Source: Lingula anatina
Lineage: Eukaryota; Animalia; Brachiopoda
Assembly (NCBI GenBank): GCA_051362555.1
Contig: CM120643.1
Coordinates: 15,164,644 to 15,228,643 of the forward strand
Reading direction: 5' to 3'
DNA: 64,000 nucleotides
Shown one piece after another: positions 27,368 through 36,462 of the stretch (the stretch's first letter is position 1; each line of letters begins with the position of its first letter). The position numbers and the translations under genes were made by a program. The notes beneath the pieces were generated by a model. It ran no database searches. It had not been told where the DNA came from and was given only the letters and a program-made list of their open reading frames with translations.

Positions 27368-29399
27368 GGTATCTTAATCCTGCATCCTTTTGTCAACCCC
27401 AGTGTGTTCTGCAAGCCATCTCGTTCCCCCAATGTATTACTGACATTTACATGGATCTGAATATAGAAGAGATGTCTAACTTAGTCAGTGAGTGGTCCCA
27501 CTACTAGAGTATTCATGTCAGTGTAGTCTGTCTATTGACACCCTGAGCTTCAGAGATAACATGAAACACACCATTATACCATATATGGGGCCATACATGT
27601 ACCTTGCCGTTTCAATCTACTGATGGACCTCAAACACATGAAACGACCCCTCTTCAATAGTAAACTTGTCTTACATAATTAGCCCCATTAAAAAATGCCA
27701 TTGTTTATTTTACCCTGAGGTTATGATATCACGATACATTTAACAAGTAAATAATCTTCTTTAACGGTAAGTGTAAGAACATTGATGGTTTTTATTTACT
27801 ATTGTATTCAGTCACTGTTTAAGAAGACAAATATTAACGCATTAATTATCTATTTTTAGTGAAGTGAACTATGCTTTTTGGATTGTACCACAATCAGTCT
27901 GCTGTCTGATAGATTATATTCTCTTACCTTATGTATAAAGAACTAAATTCCACTTTGTTTTTATTCGATGAAACTACGAAAGTTTGACACTTATTCTCTC
28001 TTCGGCTCTTTTATAATAGGAGATTCGAAAAATTACCAATAAAACATGGATCGGATAGGTGCGTTTTGATTGTGCGGAGCGCACCAAAAGCAAAGTCAAC
28101 ACTACTATGGCACTGAAATTATCTTAACTTGATGTGAAATAACATTCATAAATTAACAAAAAGATAATGTGCCAAATATGTGACTCATTTTATATTTAAA
28201 AAGTCTACACATTCTACAGACCTAATATTCGTCTTCATCATCGATAGTAGGCCTGTATGTCTCTATACAGCAGAATATATTTTAACAGTAAAAAGAATTT
28301 CACTTTCAATTTCGAACTGTGATGGAAAGCAAAATTTAACCCTGATTTTTTTCAGTAACATTTTTATAAATCGTCATTTTCTTATGGCTTAAACTCACTA
28401 TATTGGAATTCACAACAATTTTCCCTGTCCACACTTTACCTCAAACTATTTTAATAATGAATAGTGTCATACAGGTAGGCTGCAGGGCCGTATTTTTTTA
28501 TCAGAAAAACTTCTGAACCTTCTCCTTTTCCAAGGCCAGCAGAAATCTCTTGCTCTTGCGTCTAGACTAGGACAAATAATACGATTCATATTTTTGTCCA
28601 AGGTATAGATGAGCGCTATATAATAGCATGCTTGCATGTAGAGCACAAAAGATATAGGGCCTAAGTACCTCACTGAAAAATTAGAGAATTCAAGCTTTAC
28701 GGGAATGAAAAATGAATGAAAAATAAAACACGTATTAACTTATCTATATAGAGTCAAGTTTGGCTATCCGCTGGTTAAATATGCGTTCGAAGGGCTATAT
28801 ATTTATGGAATAAATAAAATTAGTTTTGATTTGATAATTTATGAGCTTTTTAAATAAATTCCTTCAGTCTTAAAAACAGATCTATGGAAACAAAGTCAAA
28901 ACAAAAGATTTCAACTTTTACCATCCGTTTTTTCCCCACGAAGAACGAACCATTTAAAATCTACCCATCCTATTGGGCCTAAAGATGGGACCTGTAGTGA
29001 TACGATCCCAATTCAATCCAACAATCTGAAACATAAATCGATGGAAATAAAGACAACACAGTTTGTCTTGTGTTTCTTTTCACTTAAAAATTCGAAATTT
29101 TTGACACGCGCGGCACGTTCATCTATAATTATAATTATTTAAAATATTCAATAGAATAAGAAATTTTGCATGTTCTTGGACGAATCAAGGCGGTGTATTG
29201 ATGTATTCGCCCAAGGTATAAAGTTTTGCAAACCTTGCGCTAACACAACAGATACGTCTGGTGGCGATGCACATTAGGCCTATACACTTGACCAAAAAGC
29301 TCGGAAACATGAAATTGTTTCTCAGTAATTAAAAAACTGTTATGTCGTGAGGAAATCTCCAGTGTGTATTAAAAAATAACGAATGGTGAGTGCATTATC

Positions 29400-29687
29400 C
29401 AGGGGCGGATCCAGGATTATTTGAAGGAGGGGGGTCCAGTTTTTTTAAGAATGAGAGGTCTCTGATGCGAAGACAACCCTTGCCCCCTTGGTGTGGGTTT
29501 CGGTGTTTTGGAGGGCAAACGGTGCCATTTGGTGCAGTTTAACGTTTAGAACTATGATTCAGCGCTTCAAAATTCTAATTTCAAGAGGAGAATATTGATG
29601 TGATTTTTTTTCAGAAACCGAGGTAGGCGGGTGGGAAGGGGGGGAGGGGGTCATAACCCCCCTGACACTCTTTTAAATCCGTCACTG
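29400..29687. mobile_element. MITE-like element with CAGGGGCGGAT termini
   Basis: caggggcggatcc at 29400 and a degenerate inverted end atccgtcactg at ~29677-29687. Confidence 0.55.
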
Positions 29688-30221
29688 ATTTTTTTTGGGC
29701 TGTCAAGGTTTGTAAACCCGGGAACTATACCTGTAAAGTTGTCATTTCGCGTCCGCCACGTTTCACATAATCCAACTTCTGACAGAAAATAGTTAATTCT
29801 ACATTGCTTCTATATTTCCGTAATCCCCTAATATTTACACAGCATACATTCAACGATATGTTGTATTTCGGGTTTTGGCCTAGCCCCTATTTATCAGTTT
29901 ACATTGGGGCCTTTTCTCTTAATGATTTTATCAACGCACATTTGCATGGCTAACGAGTTTTCTAGATTACCGAAAATGTTGCATAATGTTCCTGATTGAG
30001 GATGCACATATTTTACAATGGGATTTAAATTTCGTTTTCGGAATGTTTAACGTTCGGTGTCAACTTTTCAAATAATCGCAATTTACAATTACTTGTTTCT
30101 TTAACATACAAAGTGAATCGCTGGCTGATCCAAGATTACAGTTAATATCTCAAAGACAAGATGCTTTTCATTTGCTATGGCATTACACAAAACTGTTAAA
30201 TAATGATCATGTAAATGCACC

Positions 30222-30479
30222 TGTAACGTTAGTAAGTGACAGCATGCAGCGAATAAGAGCGGGGAGTGTTTTGTAGTGTCACTTTAGTTGATTGACACGG
30301 CCTTATTGTACTTAAGCGAAGAATGTAATTTAGACGGGGAGAACGATGTAAGAGGTTGAACGATGAGGAACAAACTGTAGATAGCGTAGTTAGAAAGCGA
30401 TAATAAAGAATATGGGAAAACATGGAATTGTTTAGTTATTACCTCGCGCCACCAAGACAAAGTCAGTAACGTCGTCACA
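30222..30479 (+). repeat. 5' LTR
   Basis: tgtaacgttag...gtcgtcaca, identical to 36177-36434. Contains AATAAA. Confidence 0.97.
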
Positions 30480-30481
30480 TA

Positions 30482-30494
30482 TGGTGGAGGATGC
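30482..30494 (+). promoter_or_regulatory. Primer binding site, probably tRNA-Ala
   Basis: TGGTGGAGGATGC starts 2 nt after the 5' LTR and is complementary to a tRNA 3' end ..CUCCACCA, typical of tRNA-Ala. Confidence 0.75.
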
Positions 30495-30524
30495 AAAAAG
30501 AGGAAGAGACTTTCAACATGAATA

Positions 30525-31607
30525 ATGTCAGATAGAGAGGGACCAGTCACCAGACAGACATCCAGAGGAGAACGTATTCTATCCGAAAATAGGATGGCAA
30601 CGGGACAAACAAAGGAAATGAAAGGTAAGGAAGAACCTTTTGATTTTTTAGATATTCGAGACCATTTAGAAGACATTCACATGAAATTAGATGTTATGGG
30701 CAAGGGTGACCCTCTTTTACAAGCAGTTCAGAGGCAACTTACAGAATTAAATGAAAAACCAACTTCCGTTTTTGCCGGTCCAAATATCGATACATTCTTT
30801 GGCTTTTCAACAGAAAACGCGCGGTTATGGCTTACGAGGTTTGAAAATTACTGCAATTTGAATAAATATTCCCCAGATCGGAAATTGCATGCCTTTATGC
30901 TATACATGAAAGGTCCAGCTGAAATATGGTTATCCGAATTGTCTGACGCAAGAAAATCGAGTTACGATGTTCTTAAAACCGAATTTCAAAACAATTTCGA
31001 CAGACAAACGTCAAAATGGACTAGAGAACACGAACTCGGAGAAAGAAAACAAGCAGAAAATGAATCCATCGAGGTTTACATCGCAGATATGCGACACCGT
31101 TTTTCTCTGCTTAATAAAAGCGCGGACGATAGACTCGCGTATTTCGTGAGAGGGTTACGGAACGAAATAAAACGTTTTGTTATTGCGCAAAACCCATCTA
31201 ATTTAGAAGAAGCAGAAAATCATGCACGATTAGGGTCAACAATTGCATCAATACCGGTTGAAAACGAAAAGCCGGAGATCGTAACATCTGTCTCTGGAAT
31301 TGAGAAAAATCTCCAGCGAATAATGGAACAGCAGGAAAAACAAATTAATGACATTCGCCGGGAAATTAGACGCGAGCAAGTAGGAAAACAACACTTTGCG
31401 GGAACACCGTACTGTTCTTACTGTCGTAGGAACGGGCACACATATGCTGCGTGTCGGCGTCAAAAACAGACCACAGGGGGGCCCCGTTGTTTCAAATGCA
31501 ACAGATTTGGGCACATACAGAAATTTTGCAGATCATTTCCAAATTCCCGACAACAAAATACTCGAGGGAGGCAAAACTTTTACAATGGGAACCGAAATTT
31601 AAACTAG
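30525..31607 (+). CDS. gag: Gag (360 aa): retrotransposon capsid and two CCHC zinc knuckles
   Basis: Intact ORF with WLTRFENYC, LYMKGPAEIW, RKQAENESIEVY and YFVRGLR. Knuckles CSYCRRNGHTYAAC and CFKCNRFGHIQKFC. Confidence 0.95.
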   Translation: MSDREGPVTRQTSRGERILSENRMATGQTKEMKGKEEPFDFLDIRDHLEDIHMKLDVMGKGDPLLQAVQRQLTELNEKPTSVFAGPNIDTFFGFSTENARLWLTRFENYCNLNKYSPDRKLHAFMLYMKGPAEIWLSELSDARKSSYDVLKTEFQNNFDRQTSKWTREHELGERKQAENESIEVYIADMRHRFSLLNKSADDRLAYFVRGLRNEIKRFVIAQNPSNLEEAENHARLGSTIASIPVENEKPEIVTSVSGIEKNLQRIMEQQEKQINDIRREIRREQVGKQHFAGTPYCSYCRRNGHTYAACRRQKQTTGGPRCFKCNRFGHIQKFCRSFPNSRQQNTRGRQNFYNGNRNLN

Positions 31608-34198
31608 AACGGCAAAAATCACAAATTGGAAAAGAACGGGGTGAATTTTGCCAACATATTTCTAGGGGCACCCGTTCGATCATGGCATGTGAAAAGGAAA
31701 TAAAATTAGGGAAAAACAATTTTGTAGAACTGCTCATCAATGGAATCAAAATTAGTGCTTTGATAGATACAGGATCATATGTTACAATTGTGAATACCGA
31801 CCTATTACGGAAACACGACACTCTAAAATCACTACGTATCATAACATCTACAGAAACGACAGCTGTGGCTGCAAATAACACACGAATCACATTGAAAGGG
31901 CAAGTGTCAGTAGATTTGCGTTTCCCTGGTGGATACAATTCTGTTAACACGTTAGTGCAAACAGCTGATAATATTGGGTATGATATGATTATTGGGAATG
32001 ATTTCCTGAGAGAAAACAGAGCGATTATAGATTTCACTAAACACACGGTCAGACTTTCAAAGAAAAGTTACCCAGTCAAGGCTATTAAAAATGTTTTGAT
32101 ACCTGCGGAATCAGAAGTTCTTTTTCTCTGTGCTATCCATGCGAATTTACCCAATGGAGTTGAAGGAGTTGTTTACAAAAACAAAAATTTATCACATTTG
32201 CCTTTTGAATGTGCGAGGGTTTTAGGTGTTACTAATCAAAATATGATCCTTGTGCGATGTATAAATACTGCGAAGTATCCTTTTCTCATCAGGAAAAGAA
32301 CAAAATTAGGATGTTTTTCAATTTTGCCCCAAGATACAAAAATTACTGAATTTTCAAACGATACAGAAAAGTCGGGAAGAACTATAGCTCCGACGACGGT
32401 GAATGAAACAAAAAATGAAGTCCCTGATGTAGATTTCAGTGATTCAGATATCACTAGTGAACAAAAAGCAGAATTTGTTGATTTGTTGTCAAAATATGCG
32501 GACGTATTTAAACAACCTGGGGAGCCTTTGAAAATGACCCCAGTCATTGAACATGATATCAGAGTGGACCCAAATCAAATGCCCATTCGTTCGCAAATGT
32601 ATCGAACGTCACCAAAACATCGGAAGATTATAGAGGAACAGGTAGGGAACATGTTACAAGAAGGTATTATAAGACCATCTGTCTCTCCGTGGAGTAGTCC
32701 GGTCGTTTTAGTACAAAAACCAGATGGCTCATATCGTTTTTGCATTGATTACAGAAAGCTGAATGCGGTTAAAAAAGATGATGTTTACCCTTTACCGAGA
32801 ATTGACGATACGATAGACGCGTTGGGGTCAATTAAACCGAAATTCATGTCAACGTTTGACCTTCAAAGTGGATATTGGGAAGTAGGGTTATCAGAAAAAA
32901 GTAAACCGATGAGCGCATTCGTTTGTCATGCCGGTCTTTTTGAATTTAACAGAATGCCGATGGGTCTTAAAAGTTCAGGCGCAACTTTTTCACGAATGGT
33001 AGAAAATGTGTTTCGAGGTTTATCATGGAAAACACTTTTCTTGTATTTAGATGACATTATAGTTGCGAGTCCCACTTTTGAAGATCACCTTCGTGATGTA
33101 GAAACTGTTTTCCAAAGGCTAAGAAAAGCGAACTTAACATTGAAGCCATCTAAATGTTTTATTGCACGAAAAGAAGTCAAATATTTAGGGTACATAGTCT
33201 CCAAAGACGGTGTTCGTGTTGACCCTATGAAGTGTAAGGCGGTGCAGGAATTCCCAGTCCCTTTAAATGTTAAACAAGTACGCGGATTTTTAGGATTGGC
33301 AAATTACTATCGGAAGTTTATAAAAGGCTACGCTGCCATAGTTAGACCTTTGACAGCTCTTACACAAAAGGGGAAAGAATTTAAATGGTCTGAAGAATGC
33401 CAAACGAGTTTCGATACCCTGAAGACTGCGCTTACATCTGCTCCAATTCTTGCGTATCCCAATTTTAATCTCCCGTTTATTCTTTACACCGACGCGAGTT
33501 CACACGCGTTAGGCATGGTTCTATCACAAATACAAGACGGTAAAGAAAGAGTCATCGCTTATGCCGGGAGAGGTTTAAAAAGACACGAGAAAAATTATCC
33601 CATTACGGAATTGGAAGGATTAGCAGTTGTACAAGGTATAAAATATTTCGATATCTACCTTAGGCATTCCAAATTCAAAGTTATCACAGACCACGATAGC
33701 CTTAAATGGTTATTGTCACAAAAACAACCGCGTGGAAGATTGTGTCGATGGATACTGACTTTATCCCCGTACAATTTTACTATTGAACACAGAAAAGGAA
33801 AAAACCACGCGAATGCAGACGCGCTTAGCCGCCGCCCTTACGACATGGAAAACGATGATGAAGAATTAGACTTGGGCAAACTTTATGACACAACGCAGAG
33901 TTCAATTCCAAGTGACGCGTGTTTGAACAAAATACAGATGTCAGACCCCATCTCAGGACAGGTACTTGACGATAACTCTAACAAGAGTGACAACATATCA
34001 GATAAGTGTGGAATGCTTTTAGCAATTAAAGGGAAGACAAAGAACACAAATCGTTTGTCAAAATGTCAAGACTATCAGTCATTTGTTTCAAAAGAAGAAT
34101 TGCTAAAACTCCAGCGTGAAGATAAGAACCTTGCGTCAATTATCGCGTATTTGACATCAGATGAACTACCACTTGGTAGTAAAGAAGCTCGACGTTAG
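31451..34198 (+). CDS. pol: Pol: aspartic protease, reverse transcriptase and RNase H; ends before integrase (probably entered by frameshift at ~31604)
   Basis: ALIDTGS (PR); SPWSSPVVLV, RFCIDYRKLN, DLQSGYW and YLDDII (RT); YTDAS, ELEGLAV, TDHDSL and NADALSR (RH). No HHCC, DDE or GPY/F motifs. Confidence 0.95.
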   Translation: MSASKTDHRGAPLFQMQQIWAHTEILQIISKFPTTKYSREAKLLQWEPKFKLERQKSQIGKERGEFCQHISRGTRSIMACEKEIKLGKNNFVELLINGIKISALIDTGSYVTIVNTDLLRKHDTLKSLRIITSTETTAVAANNTRITLKGQVSVDLRFPGGYNSVNTLVQTADNIGYDMIIGNDFLRENRAIIDFTKHTVRLSKKSYPVKAIKNVLIPAESEVLFLCAIHANLPNGVEGVVYKNKNLSHLPFECARVLGVTNQNMILVRCINTAKYPFLIRKRTKLGCFSILPQDTKITEFSNDTEKSGRTIAPTTVNETKNEVPDVDFSDSDITSEQKAEFVDLLSKYADVFKQPGEPLKMTPVIEHDIRVDPNQMPIRSQMYRTSPKHRKIIEEQVGNMLQEGIIRPSVSPWSSPVVLVQKPDGSYRFCIDYRKLNAVKKDDVYPLPRIDDTIDALGSIKPKFMSTFDLQSGYWEVGLSEKSKPMSAFVCHAGLFEFNRMPMGLKSSGATFSRMVENVFRGLSWKTLFLYLDDIIVASPTFEDHLRDVETVFQRLRKANLTLKPSKCFIARKEVKYLGYIVSKDGVRVDPMKCKAVQEFPVPLNVKQVRGFLGLANYYRKFIKGYAAIVRPLTALTQKGKEFKWSEECQTSFDTLKTALTSAPILAYPNFNLPFILYTDASSHALGMVLSQIQDGKERVIAYAGRGLKRHEKNYPITELEGLAVVQGIKYFDIYLRHSKFKVITDHDSLKWLLSQKQPRGRLCRWILTLSPYNFTIEHRKGKNHANADALSRRPYDMENDDEELDLGKLYDTTQSSIPSDACLNKIQMSDPISGQVLDDNSNKSDNISDKCGMLLAIKGKTKNTNRLSKCQDYQSFVSKEELLKLQREDKNLASIIAYLTSDELPLGSKEARR
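31598..31652 (+). promoter_or_regulatory. -1 programmed ribosomal frameshift signal (gag-pol)
   Basis: Slippery heptamer T TTA AAC (31598-31604) in the gag frame just before the gag stop. A 6-nt spacer follows, then stem GGCAAAAATCAC (31611-31622)/GTGAATTTTGCC (31641-31652) with 11 of 12 pairs. Pol is in the -1 frame. Confidence 0.85.
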
Positions 34199-34815
34199 GC
34201 GAGGGGGATAGGCTCCCCGAAGCCCTGACGTCAACAGGCGGCAGTGGAGTCGCAAGGCTCTGGGGGCACATTAAAGACGTGCTATAGTGCTGTGGGAGAA
34301 GACTGAAGGCCCACTGTGTCTCGAATCCTGAATTAACAGGATACTGTGGTACCGTCTAGTCGGCTCAGTGTTAACGAGTTCACTGAGTGGTACGGGGACG
34401 ACAGTCCTCACCTAGCCATGCGTAGTTGATGCGGTTCCAACACGATGGTGAACAGGCAAGGCTGGTGAAAACGGTCAAAGTTCCGATAACCCATGGCAGT
34501 GGGACCGGGATCAGACCGTCGGTTGCTCCCTGGGAGCCTGGTAAGCTCTACGGGATCGAGTGATCGCTATCGACTGGGTCACCGGCCGGTTGGGTCGCAA
34601 AAGGCAGTAAGGCTTAAGAATAGCAGCCGCGCTCAGCTCAATGTACAGTCAGGCCCTAGCAAACTGAAAACGAATGAGCTAGTAAGTGAGCTAGTGGGAA
34701 AGGTACTCAGCCTAGGTTGCGCCCCTGGCAAGGAGGGGAGACTGAAGAGTATAAGCGATATAAATACTAAAATCTGGGACGCCAGATAAATATTAGCATC
34801 TGGGACGCCAGATTG
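34199..34815 (+). ncRNA. Candidate ~600-nt highly structured RNA segment inside the Gypsy element, in place of integrase
   Basis: Hand count gives 302/540 GC (56%) over 34201-34740, against an AT-rich context. More than a dozen adjacent or nested stems, several with G-U pairs, and a GCAA tetraloop. No family assignment is possible by eye. Confidence 0.5.
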
Positions 34816-36176
34816 CGTTATTATTATTTTTATTATTAGCATAAGTATTATTGTTGGAAAAATTATCGTATTATTAGCATGGTTCCATATATGTTTTATT
34901 GTTATCATAGTCTTTTGGATGGATAATACTATGGCAAGTTAAAATCTTGCCTGTTAAATGTGACTGTATTCAAGTTTGATGATGATTGTTATAATATACG
35001 TAGTTAAGTTTTTCTTGACATGCATTTCTGCTTCATTCATTTTGGATATATTCGTAAACGCTGGACATAGACATTCGTGGATATAAAGGAAACTGTGAAC
35101 ATTTATCTACACGTATGCCAACGTGCGCGAATAAGACGTTTATCCATATACAATGAGTGGCAGATGACAATCGCTATGCACTGTCTAGAAGGACGGATTT
35201 GACATTATATGATAACTGAACTTTCGTGCTAAAATTCAAAAATGGAGGATATAACGGGCTATACCAAATGGAACTTTTCATTTGAGTGGATATGAACTTT
35301 AAATTTTAGAGTTAACTTTGATTTATATGTTATTGCATGTGGTTATAATGACACATTAAGTATTGTGTGTTGAATAATAAATACGTTTAGTATTTATAAT
35401 ATATCTATATTCCGTTTGTCGGTCTTATAATTATTAGTTATTGATATTTAACTATACAGTTATTGGTACAGGAACAGTGTACTTAACTTTTATAAAGATA
35501 GAGACGTGAAACTAATGATATGCATTATGGAAGATTCTTACTTAATTATTTTTCGGTATGTTTTTTTTTTGTTCAATCGTGGATTGGGTTTGATATAAAA
35601 CGATTGTTTCTCTTATAGCCATCAAAAGAGAGCGCTACAGTGTGGACAAATATGAAGATGAACGGGTACTTCATCATGAACGATGCGCTGGTCGCACCGT
35701 TGTGGTGAATGCTGCTCATTAGACAGGGAAGGTACCGCCCGATTGTCTCACTTGGTGCATTCCTACTAAATCTAAAATGACAACCAAGAAAAAGAGAGAA
35801 ACCGTAGAAAATGTGTCAGAGCCATAATAAGAGAGTAACAGATTTAAACATCCGCGCGGAGAAAACAAATAAAAATATCTGTGCTCTTGGGCCGCACATT
35901 GGAAGGTGTAAATGCCATTACGAAATATATCCACGAACATTTGTATTTTCATAAAAATTTATCAATCTATCTTCCTTTAAGTTATATTTGGGGTTTCATG
36001 TCAATTGTATTTCTATCTTATCGTAGGTTTATAATACAAAATCTATGTACTTAGTTTTGTTTTGCTTGAATTTATGATAATAGACAAATGCAGTGTTTAA
36101 GAAAGTTTATTTTTAATTAAGGAATATTTTAATTTTAAATATGCCTGGGGACAGGCATATCGTCCCCGGGAGATAA

Positions 36177-36434
36177 TGTAACGTTAGTAAGTGACAGCAT
36201 GCAGCGAATAAGAGCGGGGAGTGTTTTGTAGTGTCACTTTAGTTGATTGACACGGCCTTATTGTACTTAAGCGAAGAATGTAATTTAGACGGGGAGAACG
36301 ATGTAAGAGGTTGAACGATGAGGAACAAACTGTAGATAGCGTAGTTAGAAAGCGATAATAAAGAATATGGGAAAACATGGAATTGTTTAGTTATTACCTC
36401 GCGCCACCAAGACAAAGTCAGTAACGTCGTCACA
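36177..36434 (+). repeat. 3' LTR
   Basis: Identical to 30222-30479 and followed by the TSD CACC. Confidence 0.97.
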
Positions 36435-36462
36435 CACCATAGCACTTCAGTAGCCGCCCATC

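Larger units (their letters stand above)
30222..36434 (+). mobile_element. Ty3/Gypsy LTR retrotransposon, very recent insertion, lacking integrase
   Basis: Two 258-bp TG..CA LTRs, identical by eye. 4-bp TSD CACC (30218-30221 and 36435-36438). PBS, gag and pol (PR-RT-RH) present. Confidence 0.97.

Noticed and set aside
30229-30423. Identical 64-aa ORFs at 30229-30423 and 36184-36378
   Set aside because: Antisense translations of the two identical LTRs.
34196-34230. Stop-codon readthrough from pol into a hidden integrase
   Set aside because: The readthrough frame stops again after nine codons (TGA at 34226-34228), and no integrase motifs are visible downstream.
34742-34775. Hammerhead ribozyme core (CTGAAGA-GTAT..ATAC-TAAAA)
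   Set aside because: The required GAAA after stem II is absent and no stems I/III are evident.
34199-34815. Group I/II intron, RNase P, telomerase, SRP, tmRNA or OLE/GOLLD/ROOL identity for the insert
   Set aside because: I could not find their diagnostic core motifs by eye. A covariance-model search is needed to exclude them properly.
34816-36176. env-like or accessory ORF in the Gypsy 3' region
   Set aside because: AT-rich with only short ORFs. The acceptor-like site near 35618 leads to stops within ~35 codons in all frames.
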